Origin: an uncultured Planctomycetota bacterium
Lineage (GTDB): Bacteria > Planctomycetota > Planctomycetia > Isosphaerales > Isosphaeraceae
NCBI GenBank assembly: GCA_963845755.1
Contig: CAWJTV010000025.1
Coordinates: forward strand, 32,001 to 96,000
Direction of reading: 5' to 3'
Length of the DNA stretch: 64,000 nucleotides
The position numbers were made by a program, and so were the translations under genes. Below are positions 56,401-64,000 of the stretch, one piece after another; within the stretch, counting starts at the first letter, position 1, and the number at the start of each line of letters is the position of its first letter. The notes under the pieces are model-generated. The model saw nothing but the letters and a program-made list of their open reading frames with translations, searched no databases and was not told the DNA's origin.

Positions 56401-59400
56401 GACAGCGTGCCCGTGATGGGATACGTGCCGGCGATGGCCGTGGTGGTATTGCCCGTGCTGCTGTAGGTGATGTCCAGGTTCTCGCCGTTGACCCCAGTAC
56501 TGATGGTCGTGCCCAGGTCGGCCGCGAGGTTGGCTGTGCTGCCGTAAAGGTGCGAGTCGTTGCCGATCTGGTCGTTGAAGGCATAGGCGGTGATCGATCC
56601 GGGACCGCTGGCCGTGGTCGGCAGCGTGTAGTTGCTGGCCAGCGTTCCGGTGCCGGCCGTGAAGTTGGTCGCGGACAGGCTGGCGGTCACCGTCGTCGCC
56701 GACACCACATTGGGGCTGTTATAGGCGCCCGTGGTCTGATTGACCGTGAAGCTCTGGCCGCTCACCAGGCCCGACAGGCTAAAGTTGGCCGAGGTCAACG
56801 TCGCGGTGGTCGTACCGTTGTAGGCCCTGGTGGGATCGCCGATGATCGAGGCGGTTACCGTCGCGGGAGTGATCGATCCGGCGCCGCTGGCCGTGGTCGG
56901 CAGGGTGTAGTTGCTGGCCAGCGTTCCGGAGCCGGCCGTGAAGTTGGTCGCGGAGAGGCTGGCGGTCACCGCGGTCGCCGTCGTCACATTGGCGCTGTTG
57001 TAGGTGCCCGCGGTCTGATTGACCGTGAAGCTCTGGCCGCTCACCAGGCCCGAGAGGGTGAAGTTGGCCGAGGTCAACGCCGCGGCCGTCGTGCCGTTGT
57101 AGGCCCTGGTGGGGTCGCTGACGATCGAGGCGGTCACGGTCGCGGGCGTGATCGCGCCGGCGCCGGTGGCTGTGGTCGGCAGGTGTAGTTGCTGGCAGCG
57201 TCCCCGTGCCGGCGGTGAAGTTGCTGGCGGAGAGGCCGACGGTCACCGTGGTCGCCGTGGCCACATTGGGGCTGTTGTAGGTGCCCGCGGTCTGGGTCAC
57301 CGTGAAGGTCTGGCCGCTCACCAGACCCGAGAGGCTGAAGTTGGCCGAGGTCAGTGTGGCGTTGTTCGTGCCGTCGTACGTCTTGGTGGGATCGCCGACG
57401 ATCGTGGCCGTCAACGTCGCCGGTGAGATCGTGAAGCTGGTCGTGGCGCGGGAGGCCGCGAAGTTGGCGTCGCCGGCGTACGATGCGACGACAATATAGG
57501 TTCCGACGTTGGTCGGGGCCGTGGTGCCCAGATCGCTGACGGAATCGCCCGAGACGGCGTAGTACGTCACGATGGGCGTGACGCCATCGAGGCTCGAGGA
57601 CGGCTCGATGGAGTGCGTCCCCACCAGGACTTCGGCCACCATCGGCGACCCGGTATAGGTACCGCCCGGAGCGCTCAAGGTGACCATGGTCGCGGTCGTC
57701 TGAGAGACCGTAAACGAGGACCCACCTTCTGAGCTGCTCTCCCCGGCATTCTGGAGCAGGTTCGCTCCGGTCCCGAAGGTGACGATGGCGCCGTACGGCG
57801 TACCCGGGACGACTCCCGTCGAACATCGTGACCTGGGGCGTTGTCGATACGGCGGGAGACGCCGCGGTGTACTGGATCGAGTCATTGCCGGAAGTCGCGT
57901 TTTGCGCCGAGAACGTGTACATGAAGAGCTCGTACGCCCCGTGCTCGGCGTCGTAGTACGCGGCCGGGAGGTAGTTCTGCGCGGAGGGATCGTTGAACGA
58001 CGGGTCGGTCGAGTGGAAGGCATTCACCTCCACCGTGTAGGTGCCGGTCAACGGCAGCGACACGTCGAAGATCGACGAGTCGGACGGCTCGAACTGGTCG
58101 TCGTTGAACGCGACCACCTGGCCGTTGGGACCGTAAACCGTCAGGACGGTGTCCACCGGATCCTTGATCGAGGTGACCGACGTCAACATCGCCTGGAAGC
58201 TCATCAACTGTCCGGACTGACCGGTGAAGGTGTAGTAATTGGGCTGGCTGAGCGTGAACGCGGCACTCGTCTTGGGGTCGGTCACCGGTTTGCCGCTGGC
58301 GTTGAGCACCGGCTGGGTGCCGCCGATGTAGCCGTCGATGTCCACGGCGGAGACGTCGAACGTCATGCCGGCGTCGAAGCCGGTGGTGATCGGGTTGGGC
58401 ACGTTCAGGTCGTACAGGCTCACCGGCTGGGCGATGACGGTCGTCGCGACGCCGGCGACGTTGTCGTTCGTCGAATCGACGTCGCCCTCGGCCTCCGGCA
58501 CTCCGGCGACGCCGGGCAGGTCGGGATCCTGGTCGAGCTGCACCGGATCGGTCGCTTTCTGTGCCGCCGGCACGGTCGGCACCGGCATGCCGGACCAGCT
58601 CGGGTTCGACGGGTCGGTCGCGTCCGAGGCGACCGTGGTTCCATCCGAGATGAACGCCAGGGTGATCGCGTCCCGCTCGCCGAGCTGGGCCTCGCCATCG
58701 GCCGCGTTGACGAGCGTGGAGCCCACCGACGCGGGCGACGCGATCACGTCCCCCTCCGTCGTGAACGCCCCGACCGTACCCCCGTAGGCCGGGTAGTAAC
58801 TGGACCCGCCCGGGGGACTCGAGATCCCGAACCCGACGGGGCCGATGGCGTCCATGTGCTCGAGGCCCAGCGTGTGACCCGCCTCGTGCGCCGAGATCGT
58901 GATTGACATGTTCACAAAATCGGGCAGCCCATTCATCGAATCGGCGGTCGAGTCGGGCACCAGGCCCGGTCCGGTTCCCAGGAAGCCGTTGACGTCGAGC
59001 TGCACCGTCGTCTTCTGGTTCAGGTTGCCGAAGTCGACCTCGTTGGAGAACCCGCCGGGCGACGGCTGATTGTTGAAGATCGGCGTGTCGTTGTAATAGA
59101 CCGTCACGTAGTTGCCATTGCCATTTTCGTAGACTGAATTCGTGAACGTGGGATTCACCAGGCTCGCAAGTGTCGTCACGTCGGCCGGTGTCAAATCGAT
59201 GGCCGCAAGCTGCGCCGTGGTCATGCTCCGGAGCTGTGTAATCTCCGCGGGGTCGATGGTGAATTGAATGCTCGGGCTGAGTCCCGCGTAAATCGTCTCC
59301 AGCGCCTGAAGCACCTCCTCCTGCTCGACGGCCGAATACGATCCGTTGCCGTTGTGGAAGGTCTCGGTGGGGCTGAGCACCGTGGGCGCAAACTGGGTGA

Positions 59401-62400
59401 AATTGAGCGCCACCCACTGGACCGACGGCGTCGAAGGGGGCACGGCCGGCAGTGCATTGGGATTGGGATTGTTCAGCGCGCTGCCCTGAAGGATGTCGTT
59501 GGTGCCGTTGCCGATGATGGTGTCGTCGCCGGGGCTGCCGACGACATTGGTGAAGGCACCGCTGGCCGGTAGGGTGATCGACAGGTCCGCGGTCGCGTTC
59601 ACGACCTGTGCCTTGCCGGTCGTGCTCAGGTTGATGTTGACCCCGCCGCCCGTGAAGTTCGAGAAGTCGAGCGTGTCGTTGCTGGCCCCGGCCGGCTCGT
59701 TCAGCGTGACGTTGCCGATGGGATTCGTCGCGGACCCGCCGACGAAGTAGACCGTGTCGTTCGACCCGCCGCCGGTGAACGTCCCACCCATCGACAGGGC
59801 GGCCCCGGGGACCGACGTCCCCGACGGCAGGCCGAGCTGGCTCGTGTCCCCGATGATGATGTTGTTGTCCCCACCCCCCTCGGCCGTGACGTTCGAAAGC
59901 AGGCCGCCGACCAGGGAGTTGAAGCCGCCCTGGGTTGTGACGTTCACGGCGTAGTCGGCCAGGGACGCCCCGCTCGTCACGGCCTGGTTCAGGAGCGCGA
60001 GCTGCGCCGGCGTGATCGACTCGGTGAACGTCCCCCCGGTGCCGATATTGAACGTGGAGAGCAAGCCGCCGGTCGCCTCGTTGCCGCTGCCCGGCAGGGT
60101 GACGTTCAGCCGGAAGAGGTTCAGGACCGCGGCGTTCAATGTCTGCTGGAGGGCCTGGGCGTTGGTGCCCAGGAAGGTCTGCAAGACGGACGGATTGGCG
60201 ACGAGGAACTGCTGGAGCTGGGTCGGGTCGCTCGAAAGGAACTGGACGAGGGCACTCGGGTTGGAGGTCAGGTATTGCTGGAGCGAGGCCGGGTTGGTGT
60301 TGAGGAATTGCTGGAGCACCGTCGAGTTGGCGGACAGATACTGCTCCAGCGAGGTGGGGTTGCTGGCGATGAACTGCTGGAGCACCGTGGCGTTGCTGGC
60401 CAGGTACTGCTGGATCACGGTCGGGTTGGCGGTCAGGTAGCCCTGGAGGACGGTGGAGTTGCTGTTGATGTACTGCTGGAGGTCGCCCGGGTTGCTGGTC
60501 AAGTAGGCCTCGAGTCCGGCCTCGTCCCCGCTGACGTACGCCTGGTTCGCCGCGCTGTCGCCCGCGAGGAACGCGTTCAAGGCGGTCGAGTTCGAAGCGA
60601 GGTAGGCGGTAATGCCAGCGACGTTCTGCTGGATGTAGGCCTGCTGCGCGGCCGTGTTGCTGTTGAGGTACTGTTGCAAGATCGCGGGGCTGGACGTGAG
60701 ATATTGCTGGAGGGCCGTCGTGCTGCTGGTCAGGTATTGCTGAAGCACGGCGGGGTTGGCCAGGAGGTACTGCTGCAATCCATCCGGGTTGCCCGTCAAG
60801 TACCCCTGGAGTCCGGTGGCGCTTCCTTGCAGGTAAGCCTGGTTCGCCGCCGGATTGTTGCCCAGGAAGGCGCTCAAGCTGGCCGGGTCGGTGGCGAGGT
60901 ATTGCTGGAGACCGGTCGAGCCGTTGGTGAGGTAGGCCTGATTGGCCGCCGAGTCGCTGCCGAGGTAGGCGCCGAGGCTGGCCGGGTTGCTGGTCAGATA
61001 AGCCTGGAGACTGGAGGCACCCCCTTGCAGATACGCCTGGTCGGCCCCCTGGTCGCTGCTGAGGTAGGCGCTCAAGCTGGCCGGGTCGGTGGCGAGATAC
61101 TGCTGGAGGCCGGCATCACCGCCTTGCAGGTAGTCCTGATCGGCCGCGTTGTCGTCGCCTAGGTAGGCGCTGAGGCTGGTCGGGTTGCCGGTCAGGTAGG
61201 CCTGGAGTCCGGTCGTGCCGCCGTTCAGGTAGGCTTGCTGGGCCGCGGAGTCGCTGCCGAGGTAGGCGCTCAGCGCGTCGGAGTCGCCGAGGATGTAGGC
61301 CGAGACCCCGGCGAAATTCGCTTGCAGGTAGGCCTGCTGGGTGACCGCGTTGGCCGCGAGGTACTGGGCGACGGCGGTCGCGTTCTGCTGCAAATACGAC
61401 TGGAGGGCGGCCGGGGCCGTCGCCAGGTATTGCTGGAGCGACGCCGGGCTGCCGGTCAAGAACTGCTGGAGGGCGGTCGGGTCGCCGGCGATGTACTGCT
61501 GCAACGCGGTGTTGCCGCTGTTGAGGTACGTCTGGAGGACCGTGGGGTCGCCCGTCAGGTACGCCTGCAGGCCGGTGGCGGCACCTTGCAGGTAGGCCTG
61601 GTCGGCCGCCGAGTTGCCGCTCAGGAAGGCGCTCAGGATCGACGGATTGCCGATCAGGTAGGCCTGGAGGCCGGCGGTGCCGCCTTGCAGGTAGGCCTGC
61701 TGGGCCGCGGTGTTGCCGCCGAGATAGGCGCTCAGGCTGGTTGGGTTACTGGCGAGATACGCCTGGAGGCCGGAATCGCCGCCTTGCAGGTAGGCCTGGT
61801 CGGCCGCCGAGTTGCCGCTGAGGAAGGCGCTCGAAGCTGGTCGGGTCGGTGGCGAGATAGGCCTGGAGGCCGGCGGGGCCGTTCTGCACGTACGCCTGCT
61901 CGGCACTGGAATCGCTGTCGAGGTAGGCGCTCAGGCTGGCCGAGGCGCCACCGAGGAACGCCTGGAGCGTCCCGGGGTTGGCGCCGATATACTGCTGGAG
62001 GACGGTTGGGTTGCCGGTGATGTATTGTGCCAGGACGGTCGGATTGGCGCTCAGGTACTGCTGGAGCACGGTCGGATTGGCGGAGAGATACTGCGACAGG
62101 GCGGTGGGGTTGACGCTGAGATACTGCTGGAGGACGCCCGGGTCGCCCGTCAGATAGGCCCCCAGGCCGGTGCTGCCCCCTTGCAGGTACGCCTGCTCCG
62201 CCGCCGGGTTGGTGCTGAGGAAGGCGCTCAAGCTCGTCGGGTTGGTGGCGAGATACGCCTGGAGGTTGGCGCCGCCGCCTTGCAGGTAGGCCTGGTCGGC
62301 CGAGGCGTTACTGCTGAGGAAGGCGCTCAGGCTGGCCGGGTTGGTGAGGAGATACGCCTGGAGTCCGGTCGAGCCGTTGGTGAGGTAGGCCTGGTTGGCC

Positions 62401-64000
62401 GCCGAGTCGCTGGCGAGGTAGGCGCTCGAAGCTGGTCGGGTTGTCGGCCAGGTAGGCCTGGAACCCCGTAACACTTCCTTGCAGATAGGCCTGCTTCGCC
62501 GCCGAGTCGCTGCCGAGGTAGGCGCTGAGGCTGGCTGGATTGCTGGTCAGGTAAGCCTGGAGGCCGGAGGCACCCCCTTGCAGGTAGGCCTGGTTGGCCG
62601 CGGAGTTGCCGCTGAGGAAGGCGCTCAGGCTGGACGGGTCGGTGGCGAGATACGCCTGGAGTCCGGAGCCGCCGCCTTGCAGGTAGGCTTGCTCCGCCGC
62701 GGAGTCGCTGACGAGGTAGGCGCTCAAGCTGGTCGGGTTGCCGCCGAGGAATGCCTGGAGCGATCCGGGGTTGGTGCTCAGGTAGCCCTGGAGGCCGGTG
62801 CCGCCCCCTTGCAGGTAGGCCTGGTTCGCCGCCGAGTTGCTGCTCAGGTAGGCGCTCAGGCTGGCCGGGTCGGTGGCGAGATACTGCTGGAGTCCGGTCG
62901 AGCCGTTGGTGAGGTAGGCCTGGTTCGCCGCGGGGTCGCTGCCGAGGTAGGCGCTCGAAGCTGGTCGGGTTGGCGCTGAGGTAGGCCTGGAGCCCGGATC
63001 CGCCCCCAGTCAGGTAGGCCTGGTCGGCCGCGTTGTTGCTGCCGAGGTAGGCGCTCAGGGCGGTGGGGTTGGCGCTGAGGTAGGCCGAGACGGCGGCGGA
63101 GTTCGCCTGGAGGTACGCCTGCTGCACGGCCGGGTCGGTGGCGAGATAGGCCGAGATGCCGGCCGAGTTCGCAGTGAGGTAAGCTTGCTGCGCGGTCGTG
63201 TTGCTGGCGATGTAGGCCGAGACGCTGGCGGAGTTCTGGCTGAGGTAGGCCTGCTCGGCGCCGCTGTTGCTCCCCACGTACTGGCTGACCGCCGTCGCGT
63301 TCTGCTGGAGGTAAGCCGAGAGCGAGGTCGGGTTCGCGGCGAGGTACTGTTGCAGGACGCTCGGGTTGCCGCTGAGGTACGCCTGCAAGATCGTGGGGTT
63401 ATCCGACAGATACTGTTGCAGCGCGGTCGAATTCCCCGCGAGGTATTGCTGCAAGACGCTGGGGTCGCCCGTCAAATAGGCCTGGAGGCCGGCGGCACCG
63501 CCTTGCGTGTACGCCTGATTGGCCGCGGAGTTGTTCCCGAGGAAGGCGCTCAAGCTGGCCGGGTCGGTGGCGAGATACGCCTGGAGGCCGGTGGGGCCGC
63601 CTGAAGTGTACGCCTGATTGGCCGCGGGATCGCTGCCGAGGTAGGCGCTCAGGCTGGCTTGAGCGCCGCCGAGGAACGCCTGAAGCGTCCCGGGGTTGGC
63701 CGTCAGGTAGGCCTGGAGGCCGGCACCGCCCGACGCCAGGTACGACTTCGAACCGGGGTAGGCCGTCTCGAAGGCGCTCAGCGCGGCGGTGTTGCCCGCG
63801 ATGTAGGCCGTGACGCCGGCGGAATTCGCCTGGAGGTACGCCTGCTGCGACGTCGGATTGCTGACGATATAAGCCGAGACGGCGGCCGAGTTCGCCCCCA
63901 GGTAGGCCTGCGCGGCCGCCGGGTTGTTGGCCACGTACTGGGCGACCGCGGCGGAGTCTTGCTGGAGGAAGGCCTCTTCCGTGGTCGGGTCGCCGGTGAT
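53466..64000 (-). CDS. Giant exported multidomain protein (>3500 aa, 5' end outside window): 11-mer repeat region, RTX-like repeat, metzincin, PPC, MBG/YDG-like, beta-helix, S53 peptidase, C-terminal TM + basic tail (several frameshifts)
   Basis: Chain of ORFs 62327..63934, 62308..62727, 61746..62474, 57134..61906, 56779..58023, 53868..57137, 53521..53871 and 53466..53756. Motifs HEAGHTLGLEH, EEALDVEW, ASTGDYG, GGTSLSAP and IGVAAGLIALGA..RRRQRK. Confidence 0.75.
60130..64000 (-). repeat. 33-bp / 11-aa tandem repeat array with a 99-bp higher-order unit
   Basis: LQAYLATDPAS / LSAYLGSDSAA / NQAYLQGGATG units recur throughout, with [YF][LI] every 11 residues. Confidence 0.9.

Noticed and set aside
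1..64000. Widespread frameshifts read as mass pseudogenisation or programmed recoding
   Set aside because: Indels hit unrelated genes whose catalytic motifs are intact, which fits long-read error. It cannot be resolved without reads. Density is highest at 9900-13500, where real decay is possible.
60130..64000. 33-bp repeats as CRISPR or non-coding satellite
   Set aside because: The units show synonymous variation and are open on the minus strand, so this is a coding repeat.

Overview
High-GC accessory region that reads as Planctomycetota, probably Isosphaeraceae-like. The markers are LEPR-xLL export motifs, a DUF1559 prepilin-type gene, a TIGR02999-type ECF sigma factor and large Ser/Thr kinases. 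Most long genes are split by single-base frameshifts, probably long-read indel errors, so genes were reconstructed by hand across frames. Main contents: (1) an HMW1C/NGT-like N-glycosyltransferase divergent from an exported, sequon-saturated pentapeptide-repeat protein, with an ISKra4-type IS between them (19-bp TIR, 9-bp TSD). (2) A 6,980-bp transposon (8196-15175) bounded by IS903-like GGCTTTG TIRs and a 9-bp TSD. It has a central SWIM-finger+DDE transposase, a symmetric divergent promoter shared with a Zn-ribbon gene, passenger genes on both arms and a nested IS701-type element. (3) Signalling genes: FHA-GAF-cyclase, kinase-NTPase-FGE/CLec, DUF1559 and ECF sigma, with an identical TGAGGGGTT-N10-TCGTCGCA motif upstream of three genes. 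(4) A stretch of remnants: DUF72, a dinB stub, phage/ICE-like genes and a truncated DsbA. (5) Two giant exported proteins followed by a kinase-TPR gene. The larger one (>10.5 kb) carries >100 uncharged 11-residue repeats plus metzincin and S53 protease domains. No rRNA, tRNA or CRISPR array was seen. All family assignments come from motif recognition, not database searches.
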